From: Minisyncoccota bacterium
Lineage (GTDB): Bacteria > Patescibacteriota > Minisyncoccia > Phycocordibacterales > CAIZLB01
Assembly (NCBI GenBank): GCA_021734945.1
Contig: JAIPIA010000003.1
Span: 156,895 to 220,894, forward strand
DNA length: 64,000 nucleotides
Reading direction: 5' to 3'
The notes under the pieces were generated by a model. That model made no database searches and was not told the origin of the DNA. It saw only the letters and a program-made list of their open reading frames with translations. How positions within the stretch are numbered: the first letter of the stretch is position 1; every line of letters starts with the position of its first letter. The position numbers were made by a program, and so were the translations under genes. Below are positions 7,689-16,076 of the stretch, piece after piece.

Positions 7689-10600
7689 TTATATCTTTGT
7701 GACTTCGAGCAACGGTTCTTCTACCTCCACTTCAACATACTCCACTTTTTCAGCTTGAATTGGTTTCTTGAGCATTTCTTCATTTTTCTTCAAAATATCA
7801 AGAGTTGAGGATGAAGCGGAAACTGTAAGGACAATAAAATCACTTGGTATAAGGCCCGCATTCTTTCGAGCTTCCTGGACCCCACGAATAGCATCTCGCA
7901 CGATTCCCTCCTCTTTGAGTTCTACTGTAAGGTTCGTATCAAGAGCGAGTTCTGAGCCTTTTTTAACTTCTTTTACATTAAGTTCTTCTTTTATGATCTG
8001 TAGAAAATCTTCAGACAGTTCTATACCCGTTTCACTACTTGCCTCCTCATGAGTATACACAAATGAAGCGAGGGGTTGTCGAACTTTTATACCTGACTTT
8101 GCTCGTATGGCGAGACCAGTCTCTACAAGTTTTCGAGCAACTTTCATTGCATCAATCAAAGCATGATCAACAACTGGTAACGTTGGCCAGTCTGCCAAAT
8201 GAACACTCTCAGGCATAAGTACCGCTGAAGTAGAACTCACCCGAGCAATTTCATTTCGAATACTCTGGTACATATGCTCAGCCATAAATGGCACAAATGG
8301 AGCAATCAATTTTGATAAGGTGAGAAGTGCAAATCGAGTTGTCTGCATTGCTTGCTCTTTATCTTTTGCATCATCACCTTTGAATCTATCTCGTGAACGT
8401 CGAAGGTACCACGTAGATAAATCGTCTACAATATCTGCAATAGGTCGAGCAGCTTTATCAATCTGATATGTATCAAGACCTTTTTCTATATCGTTTTTAA
8501 GCGAAGAAAGACGAGCGACAATCCACTTATCAAGAACATTATCTGAGTGAGGTACCGAATCAGGAGTTAGTCCCTCTGATACTGGAACATGTTCCGCATA
8601 TAGCACATAAAATGAATATACATTTTCGAGTCTATTGAAAATCTTTTTATTGATTTCATCGAGAGTTTTTTCTGAAAAGAGAACTTCTTCTGAATGAGTC
8701 ACTGATGATGAAGCAATAAAATATCTAAGTGGGTCTACACCATATTTGTCAAAAGTTGGCTCCATCGGTGGATAGTTCTTAAGACTCTTAGACATCTTTC
8801 TGCCGTCTTCAGCCAACATCAAACCATTCACGATTACGTTTTTGTAAGGACTCTTACCGAACAAACCAACACCTAGCACCATAAGTGAATAAAACCATCC
8901 ACGAGTCTGATCTAACCCCTCTGCAATAAAGTCTGCGGGAAAAATAGGACTATTATTTTCTTCGAAAAGATCTTTATTCTCAAACGGATAATGAGCTTGT
9001 GCAAACGGCATCGCGCCAGAGTCATACCACACATCAAAAACCTCAGGCACTCGAACCATAGTTTCCTTTTCACCTGATTTTGCCTTTGTTCCATCAAGAA
9101 GTAGCAAACCCTCTTCAACCTCACTCTCCCATGTTACTCGATCTATATACGGACGATGCAAATCAAGCTCCATAGATTCATTATGTGGAAGTTGTTTAAA
9201 ATCCATTTCATGGAGTGAAGCGTTTGGGTCAGAATAATCTCTCCAACCAGACCGGAGGAGATCTCGACATGTTTGACCGTTAATCGTGTTAACCATAAGA
9301 CGTAGTGGTAATCCATGAGTAACAACAAGGATATTTTCGTCTTCATGTTTACTGTCTAGGTCATAGAGAAATTCTGCAGATCGCTTTTTAACATCTTCTA
9401 CAGACTCACCGTTTGTTCCTGGATTCTTCTTGTATACAGTATCGTGACGAGTTTTGAAGTATCCAGTTTCTGCTCTACCTGACCATTTACCACCTTCAAA
9501 ATCTCCACCTCCAACTTCTCGGAGACGAGTATCAAATACTATTTGAGTTTTATCTAGACCAAGAGCGTTAGCTACGTGTTCAGCAGTTTCTCGAGTTCGT
9601 CTGAAATCAGATGAATAGATTTTTGTAATCTTTTTTCCAGTTTCCTTTTGTCTAGCCAAAAGCTTTTGTGCTGCTTCTTCTACTTGTCCACGACCATGCA
9701 TTGTGAGACCATACTTTTCTCTTCCCGCTTCACTTGGATCTGAATTTATTACATCAAGCGTGTTTGACTCTGCTTCACCGTGACGCATAAGAGTAATATT
9801 GTTTCCTCTACTTTCAATTTTAGACTTGAGGTCTGAAACAGAACCAATAAATTCAACCTTACCCGTTTTTTGTCCTCGCCATATTGGAAGTGGAGCTCCC
9901 CAATATCTACTTCGTGAAATTGCCCAGTCACGAACATTTTCAATCCATTTACCAAATCGCCCTTCCCCTACTTCTTTTGGAATCCAATTTACTTTATTGT
10001 TTTCGGCAATCAATGTATCTTTCATATCTGTAACTCGAACAAACCATGACGATGTCGCATAGTTTAGAAGTGGAGTATCACATCGCCAGCAGTGTGGATA
10101 TGAGTGGACAAGTTTTTCTTTTGCAAAAAGAAGTGGTGAATTTGTTGAATTTTTTAACTGTGAAAGAAGCTTAATTACTTCAATATCTGTGAGTTGATGA
10201 TCACCTTTTGGTTTTGCATAAAGACCTGAAAGCGAGCCATTTCCTTCTTTTATTTTTCCATCTGGACCAACATGAATAATAACTGGCAAATTCATTTCTA
10301 CAGAAAGTTTGTAGTCATCGTCACCGAACGCAGGTGCAATATGTACGATACCTGTACCATCTTCTGCTGTTACAAAATCAGCACATTGAACCTTCCAAGC
10401 ATTAGCTCGCTTTGTTTCTTGGTTAGCAGAAAGTGTTCCTGTATTTGCATAAAAATCAAAAGGAGGCACATAGGAAATTCCTTCAAGCTCTGTCCCTGCT
10501 ACTTCTTTTAGAACAGTAGCTTCCTGAGGCAGAATATTTTTTTCTTTAAGTTTTGGAATTAAATCTGTAGCAACCCACAATTTAACAGAAATATCTTTTT

Positions 10601-11450
10601 GTGTAGTTTCAAGGAGTGAATATTTTAATTCTGGGTTTACAGCAAGCGCCGTATTACCTGGAAGTGTCCATGGCGTCGTTGTCCACGCTAAAAACGATTC
10701 ACCTTTTGGCGTACCCACAGCGCTGTCTGTCAGTGCCGTTCCTTCTGTGTCTCTTTTATTCAACAATTCAAATAGCACATACGCAGAAATATCTGGAATA
10801 TCTTTATACCCTTGTCCTACTTCAAAGTTCGAAAGTGTAGTTTGACATCGAGGACAAAATGGCATTACTTTGAAGGCTTCATACACAAAACCTTTATCCT
10901 GCAGGGTTTTGAATGACCACCAGACAGACTCTGTATAACTTGAATCCATAGTATGGTAATCATTTTCCATATCAACCCATCGTCCTGCCCTCCTTACAAG
11001 TCGCTTCCAATCTATGTCATAACGAAACACACTGTCTTTTGCCGCTTTATTAAATTTATCAATACCATATTCTTCAATGGCTTTTTTATCTGTAAGACCA
11101 AGCTCTTTCTCTATGAGATTCTCAATTGGAAGACCGTGACAATCCCAACCCCACTTTCGCGGAACATTATAGCCCTGCATTGTCTTATATCGAGGAATAA
11201 CATCCTTAATAGTTGAAGGAATCATGTGACCGAAATGTGGAAGACCAGTAGCGTACGGTGGCCCATCATAAAAGACGAAATTACCCTTAGGTGAGTCTTT
11301 CTCTAAACTTTTTTGAAATATATCGTGCTCCTGCCAAAAAGCCAAAACAGCTTCTTCTCGCAGGGCAGATTTTGTCTTGAGTGCATCGCCCGCATGTACC
11401 TCTGTCTGGGGCTTTGGATTGAATTCTGCCATGTGATTTTGCGAAATCAC
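7689..11450 (-). CDS. ileS: isoleucine--tRNA ligase, type 2, with a ~210-aa histidine phosphatase (PGAM/SixA-like) domain inserted in the catalytic core (nt ~9171-9809)
   Basis: Type-2 HIGH region GPPYATGLPHFGH and editing-domain motif WTTTPWTLPGN. Further IleRS anchors are WAISRSRYWGAPLPIW, HRPYID and KMSKS. Between IGS and HRPYID sits LMRHGEAESN ... SDFRRTRETAEHVA ... VVTHGLPLRL, where Thermus type-2 IleRS has only ~25 residues. Confidence 0.9.
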   Translation of the reverse strand: MISQNHMAEFNPKPQTEVHAGDALKTKSALREEAVLAFWQEHDIFQKSLEKDSPKGNFVFYDGPPYATGLPHFGHMIPSTIKDVIPRYKTMQGYNVPRKWGWDCHGLPIENLIEKELGLTDKKAIEEYGIDKFNKAAKDSVFRYDIDWKRLVRRAGRWVDMENDYHTMDSSYTESVWWSFKTLQDKGFVYEAFKVMPFCPRCQTTLSNFEVGQGYKDIPDISAYVLFELLNKRDTEGTALTDSAVGTPKGESFLAWTTTPWTLPGNTALAVNPELKYSLLETTQKDISVKLWVATDLIPKLKEKNILPQEATVLKEVAGTELEGISYVPPFDFYANTGTLSANQETKRANAWKVQCADFVTAEDGTGIVHIAPAFGDDDYKLSVEMNLPVIIHVGPDGKIKEGNGSLSGLYAKPKGDHQLTDIEVIKLLSQLKNSTNSPLLFAKEKLVHSYPHCWRCDTPLLNYATSSWFVRVTDMKDTLIAENNKVNWIPKEVGEGRFGKWIENVRDWAISRSRYWGAPLPIWRGQKTGKVEFIGSVSDLKSKIESRGNNITLMRHGEAESNTLDVINSDPSEAGREKYGLTMHGRGQVEEAAQKLLARQKETGKKITKIYSSDFRRTRETAEHVANALGLDKTQIVFDTRLREVGGGDFEGGKWSGRAETGYFKTRHDTVYKKNPGTNGESVEDVKKRSAEFLYDLDSKHEDENILVVTHGLPLRLMVNTINGQTCRDLLRSGWRDYSDPNASLHEMDFKQLPHNESMELDLHRPYIDRVTWESEVEEGLLLLDGTKAKSGEKETMVRVPEVFDVWYDSGAMPFAQAHYPFENKDLFEENNSPIFPADFIAEGLDQTRGWFYSLMVLGVGLFGKSPYKNVIVNGLMLAEDGRKMSKSLKNYPPMEPTFDKYGVDPLRYFIASSSVTHSEEVLFSEKTLDEINKKIFNRLENVYSFYVLYAEHVPVSEGLTPDSVPHSDNVLDKWIVARLSSLKNDIEKGLDTYQIDKAARPIADIVDDLSTWYLRRSRDRFKGDDAKDKEQAMQTTRFALLTLSKLIAPFVPFMAEHMYQSIRNEIARVSSTSAVLMPESVHLADWPTLPVVDHALIDAMKVARKLVETGLAIRAKSGIKVRQPLASFVYTHEEASSETGIELSEDFLQIIKEELNVKEVKKGSELALDTNLTVELKEEGIVRDAIRGVQEARKNAGLIPSDFIVLTVSASSSTLDILKKNEEMLKKPIQAEKVEYVEVEVEEPLLEVTKI

Positions 11451-11654
11451 ACCGAGCGGTCGTCATCTCGGCTCGGCGCTTTTTCTTTATTGTAATTATT
11501 ATGTGTAAATTTTGAACTATATTCGCACACCGTATAAAAAATGTTGCCATTTTTGATTCATTTTGATGCGTTTTTATAGTTTTTTAAATAGTAGCACTTT
11601 GGTCAAAAGTGGCAACTTAGTGAGACTTGTTTCCATTAATTTTCCTATCTATTC

Positions 11655-11698
11655 CAAAGAAAAAACCCCGTCAGTTTCTCAAGCTGACATTGGGGGGT
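11655..11698 (-). terminator. intrinsic terminator on minus strand (CCCC-GUCAG stem followed by U6)
   Basis: Minus strand reads CCCCCCAAUGUCAGCUUGAGAAACUGACGGGGUUUUUUCUUUGG. Confidence 0.6.
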
Positions 11699-11699
11699 T

Positions 11700-11940
11700 A
11701 AGGGTTTATGACACCAAATAAATGATTTTACCTTCGATTAGCCTCGCGAGTGCAGACGACGTCGTGTATTGAAACGATAATTGCAGGCAGTGAGAAGTAT
11801 TAAGCGTCGGACCTTTAAGGCTCCGCACCTGCAACCTCCACGACCTGATGGTTTCATGCAACGACGTTCTGTACCTGTTGAGCTAGTTTCGTTTGCCATA
11901 ATGGCTTTGTTGTTGGTTTCCTTGTTTCTGTGCAAATGAG
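11700..11940 (-). ncRNA. GC-rich long imperfect hairpin RNA candidate (6S- or SRP-like shape; class unresolved)
   Basis: A 5' segment GUACAGAACGUCGUUGCAUGAAAC pairs with a 3' segment GUUUCAAUACACGACGUCGUCUGCAC across ~110 nt; an inner 7-bp helix UUGCAGG/CCUGCAA is also present. The island is ~55% GC, lies directly 5' of the terminator above, and its only ORF (11738-11935) has GC-artefact composition. Confidence 0.3.
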
Positions 11941-12164
11941 CCTCTCACATCTCCCAGAGGAAAATGTGTGACTCATAGAAATCATGATGCCAACAAAGCT
12001 CATATTCGTCAATAGACTCCTACATTGTGTACATGATCTTATTTTACAAAATCACCATAACAACTCCAGATAGGATTACTAAGCAGGCCAGACTTCTCCG
12101 AACAAGTTCTTTCTCTTTAAAGAGATTCCCCCCTATGACAGTAGTGATTACAGCATTTATTTGC

Positions 12165-12920
12165 TTAACAGCATTTAGGAGCCCTGCCTCTACTAGATTT
12201 ACAGCAAACAATATGTGTGACACGATGCGAGATTATAAAAACTACGTTCGCCCAAAAGGACTTTTGCGTCAGTAAAGCCCCATCAATCAACTTCTTCTTC
12301 GCCACAGTAGGCTTTCTGAATGCATTTTTAATAATATCGAATGCAAACATATTTATACATATACCAACTTGAATCATGAGCAAGAAGAGTAATGGATCAA
12401 CACCTCTGTGATGAATAACATATCTATCGCCGACTGCACTGAGTCCGAAGAAGACTAAACCAATAATAAGTATCAGATAAAGATGTGATTTTCCATCACT
12501 TTGAACTACCTTGTGTTTATATTCCAATATAAAAAGTCCAAAAGATGATAGAACTATTCCAAATATCTGCGATTGCGTAAAAAATTCACCAATAAATATA
12601 CTCCCAAATAACGCAACAATAATAGGTGTTGTTGCAAAGAGTGTACTAGACTCACTTATATCTATTTTTTGAACGACATAAGCAATGGCTAATGCATCAA
12701 CCACAGAAATTAATGATAAGCCGTACACAATCCAAAAAGTCTCCCCTGTTATATTAAAATCTTTAACAAAATAAAGAAGTGGTATGGAACAGATTGCTAT
12801 TATAAAACTGATGCCAGATATATAATCTGAGGCATTCTCTTTCACTAACAATTCTTTTTCAGAAATAGTAGCTAGCGATTTAAAAAGTGCAGCAATGCAA
12901 GCAAGTGTAATCCACGTCAT
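12165..12920 (-). CDS. EamA/DMT-family membrane transporter (about 10 TM helices)
   Basis: Two repeated hydrophobic 5-helix halves; no catalytic motifs; the odd Cys-rich C-terminus may be read-through. Confidence 0.55.
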   Translation of the reverse strand: MTWITLACIAALFKSLATISEKELLVKENASDYISGISFIIAICSIPLLYFVKDFNITGETFWIVYGLSLISVVDALAIAYVVQKIDISESSTLFATTPIIVALFGSIFIGEFFTQSQIFGIVLSSFGLFILEYKHKVVQSDGKSHLYLILIIGLVFFGLSAVGDRYVIHHRGVDPLLFLLMIQVGICINMFAFDIIKNAFRKPTVAKKKLIDGALLTQKSFWANVVFIISHRVTHIVCCKSSRGRAPKCC

Positions 12921-12945
12921 ACAAAACTATTGTACACGAATTATA

Positions 12946-13830
12946 CTAAATACAATCGTTGATATACTTTGTCCAACCAGCCATGCATTTAGTCGAGGTC
13001 GCCCACAAATCTTTCATTGGAGCATAAGGTACTGTAAAAACACCGAACGTTGTTGTTGTATTTGTACCTCCATAGCAATAAGAACCAAAAGCTGTTCCAT
13101 CAGCACATCCTTTGTATGTATATGGAGTTGATATATTACAAGTTGTTATAGTAGTAGCAGACAGAGTTGAGTCATTTAATATTCCTACAACTGCTTTAGG
13201 ATCAGTACATTCTGATGCGTCTTTTGGATTGTAAGCAAGCTTTTCACAATAAAATTTAAGACCTGGACCACCGTTGTTACGTGGACCCTCCCATGATGTA
13301 CAGCCAAATTCAAATGGTGAAACGCCGTGGTTTCTTCCAATCCCTTTATCATAACAAGCAACCAAAGGATCATATGATTTTCCAAAAGCATCACAGTATC
13401 CACTAACTGTTTTCCAATATCCACAAAAAGTTTTTCCATTTAAGTTTATTCTACTTGAACCATTTGGACACTGCAGCCTTGTAGCATTTTTTCTTGCCTG
13501 AACATAATCTTGCCAACTTGCATTACCATCAGCATCAGATACAAGAACTTTCCCTGCTCCGGGATTTCCACCTGTTATTTGAACCTTATCTTGCAACGAT
13601 GTACTTCCTGTTACAAGGAGACCCCCTACACCAAGTGTTCCATTCTTAATCTGACTTACATTTGAGATATTTAGAGGTGCAGCTGAGTTATTATCTGGAG
13701 CAGTTCCAGTTGGCTCACTCCACGCATATACTACGACACCAGAAATAGTGAAAAATAGAAAAGCTGACACTAACGCTGTAATGAAAGTTTCCTTTTTCAC
13801 AACTTGATTATATTTTTTAAAAAATGACAT
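12946..13830 (-). CDS. secreted/membrane-anchored cysteine-rich protein, paralog A of a tandem pair
   Basis: N-terminal TM segment, then AAPLNISNVSQIKNGTLGVGGLLVTG...GKVLVSDADGNASWQ, then a C-terminal domain with ~12 Cys (CGYW...NHGVSPFEFGCTSWEGPRNNGGPG...YC). Confidence 0.6.
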   Translation of the reverse strand: MSFFKKYNQVVKKETFITALVSAFLFFTISGVVVYAWSEPTGTAPDNNSAAPLNISNVSQIKNGTLGVGGLLVTGSTSLQDKVQITGGNPGAGKVLVSDADGNASWQDYVQARKNATRLQCPNGSSRINLNGKTFCGYWKTVSGYCDAFGKSYDPLVACYDKGIGRNHGVSPFEFGCTSWEGPRNNGGPGLKFYCEKLAYNPKDASECTDPKAVVGILNDSTLSATTITTCNISTPYTYKGCADGTAFGSYCYGGTNTTTTFGVFTVPYAPMKDLWATSTKCMAGWTKYINDCI

Positions 13831-13861
13831 AGATTTTATTTATTTGACCCAACGCCATTTA

Positions 13862-14491
13862 TTAATTTGTTGGAGCAGGACCCGCCTTACAATACATCAT
13901 TCCTCCAGGACCACCACCATTTCCTGGTCCCTCCCATGCTGTGCAACCTGTAGCAGTAGGATTTACACCGTGATTTTTACCTACACCCATATCTTCGCAA
14001 TAAACTAAAGTATCTGTTCCATTACAATTATATGTTCCTCCACCAATAGATTTTGAGTACCCACAAAATGTCTGCCCGTTAATACTCATTTGTACTGAAG
14101 TTCCAGGACACTGTGCTTGTGCAGTTACATTACAAGTTGGTACAGGTGGTGGATACTGCCACGCTGCATTACCCTGAGCATCTGACATAAGTATCTTACC
14201 TACATCCTGGGTACCGTCTACGATTTTTACTGTTCCATTAAAGACTGACTGTCCAAAAACCCCAAGACCATTTACACCAAGAACTCCAGTCTTTTGCTGT
14301 GTTGCAGAACCTACGTTTATAGGAGCAGCGACGTTTCCAGCAGGAGGAGTCACTCCAGCACCAGGAGCAACCCATGCACTTGCAGCACTTGAAAAACCAA
14401 TTAAAACAACAGCAATCACGAGTGCGTATATAAATTGTGTAATTTGTTCTTTCATATTTTTTATATTATTGGATCTATTTAATATTTCCAC
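13862..14491 (-). CDS. secreted/membrane-anchored cysteine-rich protein, paralog B
   Basis: Same module order as 12946-13830: AAPINVGSATQQKTGVLGVNGLGVFG...GKILMSDAQGNAAWQ...CGYS...NHGVNPTATGCTAWEGPGNGGGPG...YC. Confidence 0.6.
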   Translation of the reverse strand: MEILNRSNNIKNMKEQITQFIYALVIAVVLIGFSSAASAWVAPGAGVTPPAGNVAAPINVGSATQQKTGVLGVNGLGVFGQSVFNGTVKIVDGTQDVGKILMSDAQGNAAWQYPPPVPTCNVTAQAQCPGTSVQMSINGQTFCGYSKSIGGGTYNCNGTDTLVYCEDMGVGKNHGVNPTATGCTAWEGPGNGGGPGGMMYCKAGPAPTN

Positions 14492-14813
14492 CTAGTTCTT
14501 TCATAATCTGCATTTTCTTAGCTTCTGAAATTTTTTGATTCGCTTTAATTATACTTAACATCTTATCCTTTTGCACATCTGAAATGCTACTTTGTGATTG
14601 TTGGAGCGCTGGCGAATCTATTGATTCAATAGGTTTTGGAGGGTTTCCTAAATTATCCAATGGATCAATATCCTGATTTTCTAGTTGGCTAGGTAATAAA
14701 AAATCTGTAATAACACCGTATGAATAATAAAGACTAAAAACAATTGCAAAAACAAGAACAACATACAATGATGTTTTCTTCGCGAACTTGTACGCGTCAA
14801 AATTATGTCTCAT
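14475..14813 (-). CDS. small single-pass membrane protein, hypothetical
   Basis: 112 aa, one TM helix (LYVVLVFAIVFSLYYSY); overlaps the start of the downstream paralog by 17 nt, suggesting co-translation. Confidence 0.4.
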   Translation of the reverse strand: MRHNFDAYKFAKKTSLYVVLVFAIVFSLYYSYGVITDFLLPSQLENQDIDPLDNLGNPPKPIESIDSPALQQSQSSISDVQKDKMLSIIKANQKISEAKKMQIMKELGGNIK

Positions 14814-14851
14814 ATAGAGACTAATAATATCACAAGACTATCAGTTTATAA

Positions 14852-15892
14852 CTAGTGCAGTACACAAGCATTCACACACTCACGACACTCAGGAGAACAA
14901 AATGTAAATCCATGAGCAACTTTCAAGATATTTCGAAGTCGTGCTTCGTCTGATGGATTCTCCTCAATCATATGTTGAGCTTCTTTAATAGAATTAGAAA
15001 GACATTCTGCACAACAAAGCATTTTTAGATGACATTCTATATTTGCGCAATTTGTGTAGTTTTCTGTTGTAGCCTGACAGAGATCACACTTACCTACTAC
15101 AGGTCGCTCTATACCCTTATCAGCAGCAAAGTCCATTGTTTCTCGATTATCAAATACATATAGTGAACCAAGAAAATCTTCTCCAGGAAATTTTTCCATG
15201 TACTTATGCATACCACCATGAAGCTGATATACATTTTTAAAACCCTTTTCGATAATGTAACCTGAGGCTTTTTCACATCGAATGCCTCCTGTGCACACAG
15301 TAATAACTTTTTTACCTTTTTCTGAGGAGTCCTTAATCTGCTGGAGTTTTTCAGATTCACTAAGAACCTTTGGTAAATCACGAAAATTATCCATTTCAGG
15401 ATTTATAGAATTCTTAAAATGACCTACTTTAAATTCATAGTCATTTCGCATATCTATGATTTCAAAATCTTCGCCTGATTCATACCATTTCTTCAATTCT
15501 TCTGGTTCGAGATACTTCCCTGTTACTTTATTTGGATCAATGTCCGCTTCACCGTATCGGTCGAGACCAAGTGAAACAACCTCTTTTCGCACTTTTACTT
15601 TCATTTTTGGGAACGCAGTTCCGTCAGCTGTACCTGGACTATTTTTAAAAGGCATATCACTGAAATCGCCAAAAGTTGTTGCACGCATGAGTTCAATATA
15701 CTTCGTAGTTTTTTCTTTTAGACCTTCAAGTGTTCCATTTATTCCTTCATGTGCAATGAGAATTCGTCCCTTAAAACCAAGTTGTTCGCAAACTTCTTTG
15801 TGCCATTTTACAAAACCCTCAGGATCAGCTACGTGAGTGTATTTGTAATATAGAAGAATTTCGTATGGATTTTTAGGGTCAGTTTTAATCAT
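14852..15892 (-). CDS. trhO: rhodanese-domain protein of the YceA/TrhO family (tRNA U34 hydroxylase-like) with C-terminal Cys-rich zinc-finger-like tail
   Basis: The ILLYYKYT start and rhodanese active-site region VCTGGIRCEKAS match this family; the C-terminus has multiple CxxC pairs. Confidence 0.65.
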   Translation of the reverse strand: MIKTDPKNPYEILLYYKYTHVADPEGFVKWHKEVCEQLGFKGRILIAHEGINGTLEGLKEKTTKYIELMRATTFGDFSDMPFKNSPGTADGTAFPKMKVKVRKEVVSLGLDRYGEADIDPNKVTGKYLEPEELKKWYESGEDFEIIDMRNDYEFKVGHFKNSINPEMDNFRDLPKVLSESEKLQQIKDSSEKGKKVITVCTGGIRCEKASGYIIEKGFKNVYQLHGGMHKYMEKFPGEDFLGSLYVFDNRETMDFAADKGIERPVVGKCDLCQATTENYTNCANIECHLKMLCCAECLSNSIKEAQHMIEENPSDEARLRNILKVAHGFTFCSPECRECVNACVLH

Positions 15893-16076
15893 TTGGTTTA
15901 AAGAGCGACCTATAGGAATAAATCCCTCAGCGCCGTGTATATAGTATATGTTTAATACTTATATAGTGCACAGGTTATTCGTCAGGAGGACGTAGATAAC
16001 CATATATAATTACGCATAATATAGTACAAACTAGGGCTCCGGCGCAACTCTTTAAATTTTATTCAACAAATCAAAC

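Noticed and set aside
7768-10840. Multiple short plus-strand ORFs (7768-8052, 9799-10062, 10272-10511, 10616-10840 and others)
   Set aside because: All are antisense within the ileS coding region and have no independent support.
11738-11935. Minus-strand 65-aa ORF (Cys/Arg-rich)
   Set aside because: Its amino-acid composition is typical of translating a GC-rich structured RNA, and it sits inside the hairpin RNA candidate.
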